A stretch of DNA of 42,136 nucleotides from Candidatus Micrarchaeota archaeon CG1_02_49_24 (GTDB lineage Archaea > Micrarchaeota > Micrarchaeia > Anstonellales > UBA8471), in assembly GCA_001871535.1 (NCBI GenBank), contig MNVF01000048.1, forward strand, positions 1 through 42,136. Direction: 5' to 3'. How positions within the stretch are numbered: position 1 is the first letter of the stretch; every line of letters begins with the position of its first letter. Below the pieces are notes generated by a model that did not search any database, was not told where the DNA came from, and saw nothing but the letters and a program-made list of their open reading frames with translations. A program made the translations under genes and the position numbers. This document shows positions 19,636 through 28,254 of the stretch, piece after piece.

Positions 19636-20093
19636 ATTTGGGTGAAGCATTGCTGGAACTTAAGGGCATGAAGTCTGAGCTCGTGCGGCTCATGGAGGCG
19701 AGGGAAACCACGTTTGCCTATTCGGAGGAGCCGCCGGTTGAGAAAACAACCGGGCTTTCAGGGCAGATTGCCATCCTGGTGCAGGAGATAAGGAAGCTGA
19801 AGATGAGGGTGGAGCGCACCAACCATTCTTCCTTCATTGATACACCTGAAGGGAAGATGGCGATTGCCGAGGCAATAATCAGCATTGGGGACATGCGCTC
19901 AGAGCTTGCCTCGCTGGAAAAGCTGCGAGATAAGTTCCGCGAGGAGCGGGATTCCTGGCACGAGCAGAAGCCGAAGAAATTCCAGGCAGGGCAAAAGGAA
20001 TTGCTGGCGCAGATTAGGGAGCTTGAGAAACAGAAAGTGAGGATGGACTCCTTCCTTTCAAGCTGGAACTGGAAGGTGGAGCTTAAAGACTGA
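19632..20093 (+). CDS. DIP1984/DUF6847-like coiled-coil protein
   Basis: MNLGEAL start, ERTN, IAEAI and C-terminal ...D...NWKVEL, recalled as family signatures. Confidence 0.75.
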   Translation: MNLGEALLELKGMKSELVRLMEARETTFAYSEEPPVEKTTGLSGQIAILVQEIRKLKMRVERTNHSSFIDTPEGKMAIAEAIISIGDMRSELASLEKLRDKFREERDSWHEQKPKKFQAGQKELLAQIRELEKQKVRMDSFLSSWNWKVELKD

Positions 20094-20098
20094 CGCTC

Positions 20099-20254
20099 GT
20101 GCGCTATGTGCGCGGGGGCGGAAAGGCAGGGGAGGGGCGGCGGAAACGCCGCCCATCCCTCGTCGGATACAAATGGGCCGGGATTTGGATTATGATAAAC
20201 GCTTATGCGCTTGTTGCTTGTGGCTCAGCGCTTGTATCCCCTCGCCTTTCCGCC
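20099..20254 (+). ncRNA. Candidate structured ncRNA / 3' RNA element
   Basis: 11-bp closing stem ggcggaaaggc/gcctttccgcc, 8-bp stem with GAAA tetraloop, ggatacaa/ttgtatcc, tgggcc/ggctca (G-U pair), repeat-containing loop. Confidence 0.6.
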
Positions 20255-20347
20255 AATAATATCAATCGCATCAAAAAGTATAACTTTATAATATTATAGT
20301 TATATAATATGATACGATTAGATTTTAACAAACAAGAGATGGGCGTT

Positions 20348-21265
20348 ATGAAATTCAACAAGCGGGAGATGGAAGTCCTTGATTTCGCGGCAGGAAAAAG
20401 GGCCAACCTGACGCACCTGGCGCAAGCGCTGGGGATGAAAAAATCAAATCTGACAATTTATGTGAAAAAACTCAACAGATACCAGCTTGTTGTTTTAACC
20501 AAAAGCGGGCGAAACAAGGAACTGGCATTGGGCAACGGGAATCTGGCCGGTTTTGCTGCGCTGAAGCCGGGTTTTCCTACGCTCAAGCTGAGCGATATTC
20601 TAGCTGGGAAAGCCCCATTTCTGCTTAGTTTCATGAAAGATAAGCAGCTTTTGAGAATAAGCGAGCTTGATATCCCTGCAATAACTGCCAAACGGCTGCT
20701 TGGGAAGCTCAGGAACCTTGGGCTGGTGTCAATGCCCCGAAAAGGCATGTATCGGCTTAGGGGCGAAGCCGGGATAGTCGGGGATTTTTGCAGGAATATG
20801 CTTGTGCAGGCATATTTTGCCGAAGCTTCCGATGAGCTCGGGCAACTTGAATACGGTGTATATTCATTTGACAGTGCAAAAGAGCTTGGGGCTGTTTTCG
20901 CAACTCTGAGAGAGTTTCGCCCAAAGAATTATTGGCCTACTGCGTACACCATAGCGCACCAATATGGCCTGGGGCTAATCCAGGCGGGAAGGCACTATTA
21001 CGCAAACGCCAAGCCGGATTTAGGAGACGTGATAATCCACACACTATCCATTTCAAAGGATGCCAGGGGCATCAACTATGCCGCATTCCTGGTTCTCAAA
21101 AATAAGTACAACCCGCGCCTCCTGCTCAAAAAGAGGCATACATTTGGGCTGGGCAGGAAGTATCTAACCAATTTCGTTGAATTTATAGAAACCAGGGGTG
21201 AAAAGCCATTCGGCGGCCTTGGATCCCTGAAAGAAGCAGAGGAGATGTTTAATGGAAAGCTTTGA
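20348..21265 (+). CDS. Tandem wHTH protein, partner of the nucleotidyltransferase
   Basis: LTHLAQALGMKKSNLTIYVKKL HTH; same architecture as 644..1519; alternative start 20309. Confidence 0.75.
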   Translation: MKFNKREMEVLDFAAGKRANLTHLAQALGMKKSNLTIYVKKLNRYQLVVLTKSGRNKELALGNGNLAGFAALKPGFPTLKLSDILAGKAPFLLSFMKDKQLLRISELDIPAITAKRLLGKLRNLGLVSMPRKGMYRLRGEAGIVGDFCRNMLVQAYFAEASDELGQLEYGVYSFDSAKELGAVFATLREFRPKNYWPTAYTIAHQYGLGLIQAGRHYYANAKPDLGDVIIHTLSISKDARGINYAAFLVLKNKYNPRLLLKKRHTFGLGRKYLTNFVEFIETRGEKPFGGLGSLKEAEEMFNGKL

Positions 21266-21881
21266 CGCTGGCTATATTGGCAATGAACTTCAGTTCATAG
21301 GCTCCAGGGTCAAAAAACCAGTCAGCATTTACCTGATAGGCGGCTGCGCCATGGCCTTCAGGGGGCTGAAGGAGGTTACCAAGGACATAGACATAGTGTT
21401 CAGGGATAAGGGCGACTGCGAGGCCTTCTGCGATGCGCTGTTTGGCGCACAATACTTTGAGCCAATCGTCATAACAAGTGAGCATAAGGGCCTGGAAACT
21501 ATCAAGATATACGAAAACAAGGACAAATTCCATCTGGATTTATTCGTAAAGCGGGTTTGCGGAAAGATGGTGCTTTCCGAGCGGATGGTAAAAAGGGCGG
21601 AGCTTTACAAAAAATACGGGAATTTAGGCGTTTACCTTTTGGCTAAGGAGGACGTCTTCCTTTTCAAGAGCTTGGCAAGCGAGGCAAGGAAACGGGACCT
21701 CGGGGACATGCGGGTTATTTACCCGAACCTTGACTGGGGAGTTATAAAAGAAGAACTTTCTTCGCAAGAGCTGTCCAGGAACCTTATCGCGCTGGTCGTC
21801 CGGCGCCTTGAGGAATTCAGGTCAGTTTACGATTTGGGCGTGCCGATTCTCAATGCCTTGAAGAAAATGGCAGGTGATTAG
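21252..21881 (+). CDS. Nucleotidyltransferase (DUF6036/AbiEii-like)
   Basis: YLIGGCAM...TKDIDIV; EDVFLFK...RKRDLGD; paralog of 1521..2264. Confidence 0.8.
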   Translation: MESFDAGYIGNELQFIGSRVKKPVSIYLIGGCAMAFRGLKEVTKDIDIVFRDKGDCEAFCDALFGAQYFEPIVITSEHKGLETIKIYENKDKFHLDLFVKRVCGKMVLSERMVKRAELYKKYGNLGVYLLAKEDVFLFKSLASEARKRDLGDMRVIYPNLDWGVIKEELSSQELSRNLIALVVRRLEEFRSVYDLGVPILNALKKMAGD

Positions 21882-21921
21882 CATTGTACGAAAGATACAG
21901 AAAATATCAGAGGTTGAGAAA

Positions 21922-22617
21922 ATGATTAAGGCAATCCTATTCGATTTGGACAATACCCTGATTGACTTCTCAGGCTTCAAGCGGGAGAGCGCGCTTGCTG
22001 CAGCCAGTGCCATGAGAAAGGCAGGCGTGCATCTTTCCGGGCATTCGCTTTACGGGCGCATTTACGAAGTCTATAATGAGAAGGGGATTGAGTACCAGCG
22101 CACGTTTGGGGATGTGCTCTACGGATTGGATTTGGACCCACATACGCGCGAGCGTGCACGGCAGGCGGCAATTATTGCCTATACCAAGAAGAAATATGAG
22201 TGCCTGAAGCCACGGCCAAAGGCCATGCAGCTGCTAACATCCCTCAGGGCGAAATACACGCTGGCCATTGTCACGGATGCGCCCAGGGACAAGGCATGGC
22301 AGCGGCTCATTCTCTCAGGGCTGGACGGGTTTTTCTATCCTGTTGTGACTTTCAACGATACGGGCGAGGAGAAGCCTGCGGTTGCGCCGTTCAGGAGGGC
22401 GCTTTCCATCTTGAAAGTGAAACCTGTGGATGCGCTATTCGTAGGTGACAATCCGGAAAGGGACATTATCGGCGCGAAAAAGATTGGGATGAAAACCTGC
22501 CTTGCGAAATACGGCTGCCAGGATTACCACGAAGAGATGGATGTGGCGGATTACAGGATTGGGAAGTTTGAGGAACTGAAAGAGGTTATTGAAAGATTGA
22601 AAGCCAGTGAGCAATAA
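21922..22617 (+). CDS. HAD-superfamily hydrolase (subfamily IA)
   Basis: FDLDNTL, VTD, EEKP, VGDNPERDIIGAKKIGM. Confidence 0.92.
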   Translation: MIKAILFDLDNTLIDFSGFKRESALAAASAMRKAGVHLSGHSLYGRIYEVYNEKGIEYQRTFGDVLYGLDLDPHTRERARQAAIIAYTKKKYECLKPRPKAMQLLTSLRAKYTLAIVTDAPRDKAWQRLILSGLDGFFYPVVTFNDTGEEKPAVAPFRRALSILKVKPVDALFVGDNPERDIIGAKKIGMKTCLAKYGCQDYHEEMDVADYRIGKFEELKEVIERLKASEQ

Positions 22618-22675
22618 CCCAACGCATACATGCACATTTAAATAGGTGAATACACATAGATACACTGGTGATTAT

Positions 22676-22900
22676 ATGGTGAACGTAACTATCTCAATAA
22701 CAACGGACATCAAGGAGATGATTGACAGGCATCCTGAGATTAACTGGTCCGAGGTTGCCCGTCAGGCCTGGAAAGAGAAAGCGCAACAGCTTGAGCTTTT
22801 GAATAAATTAACTATCGGAAGCAAAGCCAGCGACAAGGATGTGGATGAGCTGGCAAAATTGCTGAAAAAAGGGATTGCTGAATGGCATGAGAGAAGATAG
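22676..22900 (+). CDS. RHH-like antitoxin (VapB-type)
   Basis: MVNVTISI...HPEINWSEVARQA; directly upstream of a PIN gene. Confidence 0.75.
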   Translation: MVNVTISITTDIKEMIDRHPEINWSEVARQAWKEKAQQLELLNKLTIGSKASDKDVDELAKLLKKGIAEWHERR

Positions 22901-22902
22901 AT

Positions 22903-23328
22903 ATGGAACTCGTGGCAGATACCAACATTGTCGCAGCCGCTATCTTACGTGATGGGCTGACAAGAAGCCTGCTTTTCCGTTCAGATATCCAGGCATACTC
23001 TCCAGCGCATCTTTTGGATGAACTGGAAAAATACAAACCAGAGTTTATGGAAAAATCCGGGCTGAGCCCAGATTCTTATGACGATGCCGTTAAATTGGTG
23101 CTTAGAAATGTGTCTACTTCCCAGTTGGATAATTATGCCCAGTTTGAGCAAGAAGCGAAAAAAATATCACCTGACCCTGGCGATTGGCCGTTCTTTGCGC
23201 TTGCCCTGGCAAAAAATTGTGCAGTTTGGAGCAATGATAAAAAGCTGAAAAATCAGAAGCAGGTAACGGTTTATGATACAACAGAGTTGTATGGCATCCT
23301 GCCTAAACCGGAAAGGGGCACGTTATGA
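22903..23328 (+). CDS. vapC: PIN-domain ribonuclease toxin (VapC-type)
   Basis: VADTNI, DELE, DPGDWPFFALAL, WSNDKKL. Confidence 0.88.
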   Translation: MELVADTNIVAAAILRDGLTRSLLFRSDIQAYSPAHLLDELEKYKPEFMEKSGLSPDSYDDAVKLVLRNVSTSQLDNYAQFEQEAKKISPDPGDWPFFALALAKNCAVWSNDKKLKNQKQVTVYDTTELYGILPKPERGTL

Positions 23329-23600
23329 AAAAACATAAAGAGCACTGCGATTATCACGGCCAGTGCAAAAACAAGGCATATCGGGAAGTTTATCCGGTGC
23401 GAAATGGCAAATTCTACAGCGGATGGAACTATTTATGCAGGAAACATTTCGGGCAGGAGGTTAAGAAAGGGAAGAAATTTTTCTGGGCGCGCATGACAAA
23501 AGATGGTGAAGCGGCGCCGCTCATCCCTGTGAACAATACAGCAGTTAACTATAGCAAGGAGAAGTCTGTCAGCTTGGAAAGCGTGATGAAAAAGAAATAG
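23325..23600 (+). CDS. Hypothetical small basic protein, possible Zn-binding
   Basis: C-x4-C ... LCRKH pattern; ATGA overlap with the PIN gene. Confidence 0.55.
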   Translation: MKKHKEHCDYHGQCKNKAYREVYPVRNGKFYSGWNYLCRKHFGQEVKKGKKFFWARMTKDGEAAPLIPVNNTAVNYSKEKSVSLESVMKKK

Positions 23601-23612
23601 AAATGAAAGTAT

Positions 23613-24227
23613 TTGGTGATTGAAATGGTTATGGACATGTTAAAGATTGAATCGCCATTTATACGTCATGAAGTTGATGGTGATTACATAGTTTCTTCTG
23701 AGATAGCTGAAGGATATGAGTGGGTATTTAATGACAAAAATGTGCTGGCTATCGAGAAGCTTGATGGGACTAATGTAAGTATAATCATTGAAGATGGTGT
23801 AGTTAAAAGTGTGTGGAATAGAACAGAGCGCATCCCTTTCATAAACAAGGGCAAGGCGCATATCATAAGTGGAATTTTAGAGAGTTTCCAGCGTGGTTAT
23901 TTTGAACTTGCTGATGGCCAGTTCTTCGGGGAGCTGATAGGTAAAAAAGTTAATGGCAATCCATATAAAATTGATGGGCATTTATGGATTCCATTTGCTA
24001 CCTATGCACGAAATCATTTATCATACACTTCATGGGGTAAATATCCCAAGACTTTTGATGGAATTAGTGCATGGTTTGAGAAAGATTTGTTTAGTTTGTT
24101 TATAAGAAGACGGACACAGGAAATAGTTCCGCCGGAAGGGATAGTGTTTACACATCCTGACGGAAGGCTTGCAAAACTGCGCAGGGACATGTTTAGCTGG
24201 TATACTGAACCACGCCATAAAGAGTGA
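23613..24227 (+). CDS. ATP-dependent RNA ligase-family protein (adenylation domain only)
   Basis: Motif I EKLDGTN, III GELIG, IV EGIVF, V AKLR; start may be 23625-23637. Confidence 0.8.
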   Translation: MVIEMVMDMLKIESPFIRHEVDGDYIVSSEIAEGYEWVFNDKNVLAIEKLDGTNVSIIIEDGVVKSVWNRTERIPFINKGKAHIISGILESFQRGYFELADGQFFGELIGKKVNGNPYKIDGHLWIPFATYARNHLSYTSWGKYPKTFDGISAWFEKDLFSLFIRRRTQEIVPPEGIVFTHPDGRLAKLRRDMFSWYTEPRHKE

Positions 24228-24327
24228 TCGCAACGGCGCAGAATTGAAATATACAAATTTGTATTATAAAAAAATGTATAATCCTGAAAGCTTTGATTTG
24301 GAATCGGAATTGAAATGGATTGGTGAA

Positions 24328-25257
24328 ATGATGGAAAAGATAAACTCGACTAGTGCATATTACATCAAGCTAGGCAAAGGTGGAGAATTTGAGAAGGATT
24401 GTCTGAAGAATAATTATCTAAAACTCGGTTATTGTCAGGATGACCATGAACTATGTTTAAGTGGAAAATGGATGGAGATTATAGAACAACGGGAACTACG
24501 GACACCTGAGGTCAAACGTGGAGCTAAAAACCAGGTAAGACAGCTCAGAACTTTTTATGAAGCAGATGAACATACCCTTTGGATTACTTTTATGAATGAA
24601 AAATTGTACTGGTGTTTTGCTGAAAAAAAGATAGAAAAATTGCCAGGCAATTACAAAATCCGTAGACTTATTGGGAAATGGGCACATACAGATATATTTG
24701 GAAACGATCTGTTTGAGAATAAGCTAAGTGGAAACTTGACGCGGACAAAAGGATATCCACAAACTATCTGCCGCATCAATGATGCATATGACCAGCTAAT
24801 AAAGAAGATAAACGGTGAAAAAAACGAAGTCGCGGAAAAAGCAAACCTGAATAAAGCCGACTTGGAAACCCAAATCGGATGTCTGATTAAAAGTTTCCCT
24901 CCAAAGGATTTTGAGATACTGGTTGAATTGATTTTCAGTAGAGCAGGACTTCAAAAGATAAGTGAAACCGGCAAGACTCAAAAAAATATCGACATTCTTC
25001 TAGTTTCGCCAATTACTAACGAAACTTTTTCTGTACAGGTTAAATCCAGCGCGAATTATAGGGATTATGACGAATACAGACAGAAATTTGATGATTCCGG
25101 TTACAATCGATTCTTTTTCGTTGTTCATTCGCCAAAAAAAGAGTTGGAAGATAAGAAACTAGAACACAAATTAGAAGATGTATGGCTGACAAATGAGTTA
25201 ACGAAAATGGTAGTAAAGTACGGATTAGTTGATTGGGTTATTGACAAGGCGTGTTGA
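24328..25257 (+). CDS. Mrr-like restriction endonuclease with an N-terminal recognition domain
   Basis: KDFEILVELIF...NIDILL...VQVKS (D..QxK variant); GGTGA RBS. Confidence 0.75.
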   Translation: MMEKINSTSAYYIKLGKGGEFEKDCLKNNYLKLGYCQDDHELCLSGKWMEIIEQRELRTPEVKRGAKNQVRQLRTFYEADEHTLWITFMNEKLYWCFAEKKIEKLPGNYKIRRLIGKWAHTDIFGNDLFENKLSGNLTRTKGYPQTICRINDAYDQLIKKINGEKNEVAEKANLNKADLETQIGCLIKSFPPKDFEILVELIFSRAGLQKISETGKTQKNIDILLVSPITNETFSVQVKSSANYRDYDEYRQKFDDSGYNRFFFVVHSPKKELEDKKLEHKLEDVWLTNELTKMVVKYGLVDWVIDKAC

Positions 25258-25401
25258 TTCCATGGTCTCTCTAACCTTTTACGGCGGCGCGAACGAAATC
25301 GGCGGCAATAAAATTACAGCGAAGAGATGGATGTGGCGGATTTCAGGATTGGGAAATTCGAGAAATTGCTGGATGTAATGGAAAGGATTGGAGGGGATTA
25401 G
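25258..25401 (+). pseudogene. Chimeric junction: duplicated MBL-gene start fused to a duplicated HAD-gene end
   Basis: 25258-25314 is identical to 26488-26544; 25321-25390 resembles 22531-22600 (EEMDVADFRIGKFE versus EEMDVADYRIGKFE). Confidence 0.9.
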
Positions 25402-26481
25402 ATGGCATTAATTGGGATGAAGAAAAAAGGGTCAAGCAAAATCGATTTTTTGGAAGAAGCATCGTTTGAAAAAGATAATAAAGAGGACTACCTGCATAAA
25501 ATTTTAGAAGAAAATCCGCTCCTCATTGTGTCGGAGATTTTTGATACGAAAGTTGTTCTTCTAAAAAGTAAATTTTCATTTTCATCTGGAGATGAAGCTG
25601 ACATGGTACTATGTGACGCCACAGGTGATCTGGTAATTGTAGAACTGAAAAGGGGGAGGGCGCCCAGGGACTCAATCGCCCAGCTTATGGATTACGCATC
25701 GCAAATCAGTAAGATGAGCATTGAAGAATTGCTGGTGCAGACGCGTTTTAGGGATATATCAGAGGTGATAACGGAGTTTGGCGTTGATGTCAATGAAAAC
25801 AAAGAAAATTTTGAGGAAACATTCAAAAAATCAATGGATAGCCCTAGATTGATGCTGGTTTCATACGATATTCCAGATGACATAAAACGAGTTGCTAAGT
25901 GGCTTAGGACAAAAGGCATAATGATTAATTGCGTGGAATTCGATTATTTCGCCAGTGGAGAGAATGAATTGTTTGTTCCCAAAGTAATCGGTTCAGATGA
26001 AACTGCGCAGATAATGGCAGAGTCCTTTACAAAAGCTGAGAAACTCAATTTTGATTACACCAGCCTCTTGATACGTGCTTTCAAGGATAAAAAACCAGGA
26101 ATTACTAACAGAGAAGGAACGCATGGTAATTGGATGGGGTTGCCTGCAGGGTATAATGATGTTCATTTTGAATGGCACCTGAAAGGAAGAAGACCTAATA
26201 AGGAAATTCAGGTATGCCTAGATTTTGAGAATGATGACAAAAATATAAATCAGCAACGCTTGGAACAATTTAAGCAGATGGAACGGCAATTCGAAGAAAA
26301 AATCGGTGAGAAACTCGATTTTATCCCTCACGGAAGAAACTGGATGCGTGTCTGCGCTAAAAGGCCGGTGGAAACGCTGGAAAAAGCAAAGGAAGATGAT
26401 AACTTGAATTGGGCAGTAGACACTATGGTTAAGTTCTATGAAGTCCTAAAGCCAGAACTTGACAGAATAATGGCTAAATAG
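25402..26481 (+). CDS. NucS/EndoMS-like PD-(D/E)XK nuclease with a DUF4268-like C-terminus
   Basis: EDYLHKILEENP, ADMVLCD..GDLVIVELKRG, IAQLMDYAS. Confidence 0.75.
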   Translation: MALIGMKKKGSSKIDFLEEASFEKDNKEDYLHKILEENPLLIVSEIFDTKVVLLKSKFSFSSGDEADMVLCDATGDLVIVELKRGRAPRDSIAQLMDYASQISKMSIEELLVQTRFRDISEVITEFGVDVNENKENFEETFKKSMDSPRLMLVSYDIPDDIKRVAKWLRTKGIMINCVEFDYFASGENELFVPKVIGSDETAQIMAESFTKAEKLNFDYTSLLIRAFKDKKPGITNREGTHGNWMGLPAGYNDVHFEWHLKGRRPNKEIQVCLDFENDDKNINQQRLEQFKQMERQFEEKIGEKLDFIPHGRNWMRVCAKRPVETLEKAKEDDNLNWAVDTMVKFYEVLKPELDRIMAK

Positions 26482-26491
26482 GGTAATTTCC

Positions 26492-27850
26492 ATGGTCTCT
26501 CTAACCTTTTACGGCGGCGCGAACGAAATCGGCGGCAATAAAATCCTCCTTGAGGACAAGGGCGCCAGAATCTACCTTGACTTCGGCCAGAGCTTCAGCT
26601 TCGGCGAGGATTATTTCTACGACTGGCTGCAGCCAAGGAGCGCACACGGCCTGGAAGTGTATTTCGAGTTCGGCATGCTGCCCAAGGTGCCAAGGCTTTA
26701 CAACAAAGCCATGCTTGAAAAAACTGACTTGGAATACGAAAAGCCCGACATTGACGCGGTATTCATCTCGCACTCGCACTCTGACCACGTGAACCATCTG
26801 CCATTCATTGACGAATCCATCCCTGTTTACATGGGCCACGGCACCCATAAATTGCTTGAGACATACCACACGCTTTACCCACAATTCAGCGACATAGGCG
26901 AACACGCCAATCTCAACCTCTTCAAGTCAGGGGATATAATACAAGTCAAACACCTGGTAATCGAGCCTATCCATGTGGAGCATTCGGTGCCGGGAGCCTA
27001 CGGGTTCATAGTCCATACCAGCAAGGGGCCGCTAATCTATACAGGAGATTTGCGCATGCACGGTCCGCAATGCGAAATGACAAAGGAATTCGTGGAAAAG
27101 TCCGCGGCCTGCAAGCCCTATGCCATGCTCGTAGAAGGCACGAGGATGGGCTATGGGCAGCATCATAACTTCACCGAGGCGGAAGTGGAAAAGGAAGTTG
27201 AGCAGAAAATAAAGGCATCCAATGGGCTTGTATTCGGCTATTTTGCCATGTCCAATGTGGACAGGTTCATGTCATTCTACCGCGCAACCGTGAAGAACGG
27301 GCGGAAGCTGGTGATTGACACCAGGCATGCATATATTATTGATAAGCTGAGGGAGAAAATCCCTGCGCTGCCGGACGTGATGGCTGACTGGAATATCCTG
27401 GTTTATTACAGACAGGCAAAGAGCGGCACCTACAAGGAAACGGATTACTACAATTATGAGCGCAAATTCATGCCCAAAATGATAACCCACAAGGAAATTG
27501 CAAAAAGCCAGAAGGAGTTCGTGATGCACATGAGCTTCAACAAGCTGATGGAACTGGTTTACATCCAGCCGAAGAATGCAGACTATATCTATTCGTCATC
27601 CGAGCATTTCCTGGAAGGCGAGGAGAATGAGGAGGAAAAGAGGGTGCTTGACAACTGGATGCGGCATTTCGGGGTGGCTTTTCACAAAGCACACTGCTCA
27701 GGCCATGCGAGCAGGCAGGACTTGGAGGATATGGTGAAGAAAATCAATCCGAAGGTGCTTATCCCCATCCATACGCAGAATGCCGGGGATTTCAAGGGGA
27801 TGCATTCAAATGTGTGGATACCTGAAAAAGAAAAGAGAATGGAGATATAA
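26492..27850 (+). CDS. MBL/beta-CASP RNase J-like nuclease
   Basis: GGANEIGGN, SHSHSDH, HSVPGA, YTGDLR, HCSGHA, IPIHT. Confidence 0.9.
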   Translation: MVSLTFYGGANEIGGNKILLEDKGARIYLDFGQSFSFGEDYFYDWLQPRSAHGLEVYFEFGMLPKVPRLYNKAMLEKTDLEYEKPDIDAVFISHSHSDHVNHLPFIDESIPVYMGHGTHKLLETYHTLYPQFSDIGEHANLNLFKSGDIIQVKHLVIEPIHVEHSVPGAYGFIVHTSKGPLIYTGDLRMHGPQCEMTKEFVEKSAACKPYAMLVEGTRMGYGQHHNFTEAEVEKEVEQKIKASNGLVFGYFAMSNVDRFMSFYRATVKNGRKLVIDTRHAYIIDKLREKIPALPDVMADWNILVYYRQAKSGTYKETDYYNYERKFMPKMITHKEIAKSQKEFVMHMSFNKLMELVYIQPKNADYIYSSSEHFLEGEENEEEKRVLDNWMRHFGVAFHKAHCSGHASRQDLEDMVKKINPKVLIPIHTQNAGDFKGMHSNVWIPEKEKRMEI

Positions 27851-27937
27851 TTGAAGTATTTGTTTATTGCTGACTTTTCCAATAATAAGGCTTTTAAACT
27901 TATAATCCTATAATAAATTCATATCAATTAATAACAA

Positions 27938-28228
27938 ATGGCGATAACTATGGCTCAAAGCACTCAAATGATGGAATTCGCGCATTCCCCTACGTTAAAT
28001 ACTGTCATCATGGTTGAAAATGCGCTTGAAAAAGCTAAAGATAGCGTTATTACTATCGCTCAGCTGAAGCGCATGCTTCCCAAGCAGGTCAACCACAATA
28101 CCCTGAAGGCAATCCTCATGTATCTTGAGGAAAGCAATAAGATAGGCGTAACTATCAAGGGCATTACCTGGATTCATAACGCCAATCCTAACCTACGGAA
28201 TGCGATTGCGCTGGGCCTAGAAATATGA
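27938..28228 (+). CDS. Small wHTH-like hypothetical protein
   Basis: 96-aa ORF after an AT-rich promoter-like stretch; helix-helix-helix-hairpin pattern. Confidence 0.65.
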   Translation: MAITMAQSTQMMEFAHSPTLNTVIMVENALEKAKDSVITIAQLKRMLPKQVNHNTLKAILMYLEESNKIGVTIKGITWIHNANPNLRNAIALGLEI

Positions 28229-28254
28229 AAGCCGTTGCCCGGTCGCAGGTGAAC

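Noticed and set aside
20099..20299. 66-aa ORF after the DIP1984-like gene
   Set aside because: It coincides with the strongly base-paired element, has no RBS and has non-protein-like composition.
22531..25401. DGR template/variable repeat pair (duplicated HAD end; likewise the other duplicated gene ends)
   Set aside because: Mismatches are not adenine-specific, mostly look synonymous or conservative, and no reverse transcriptase is present.
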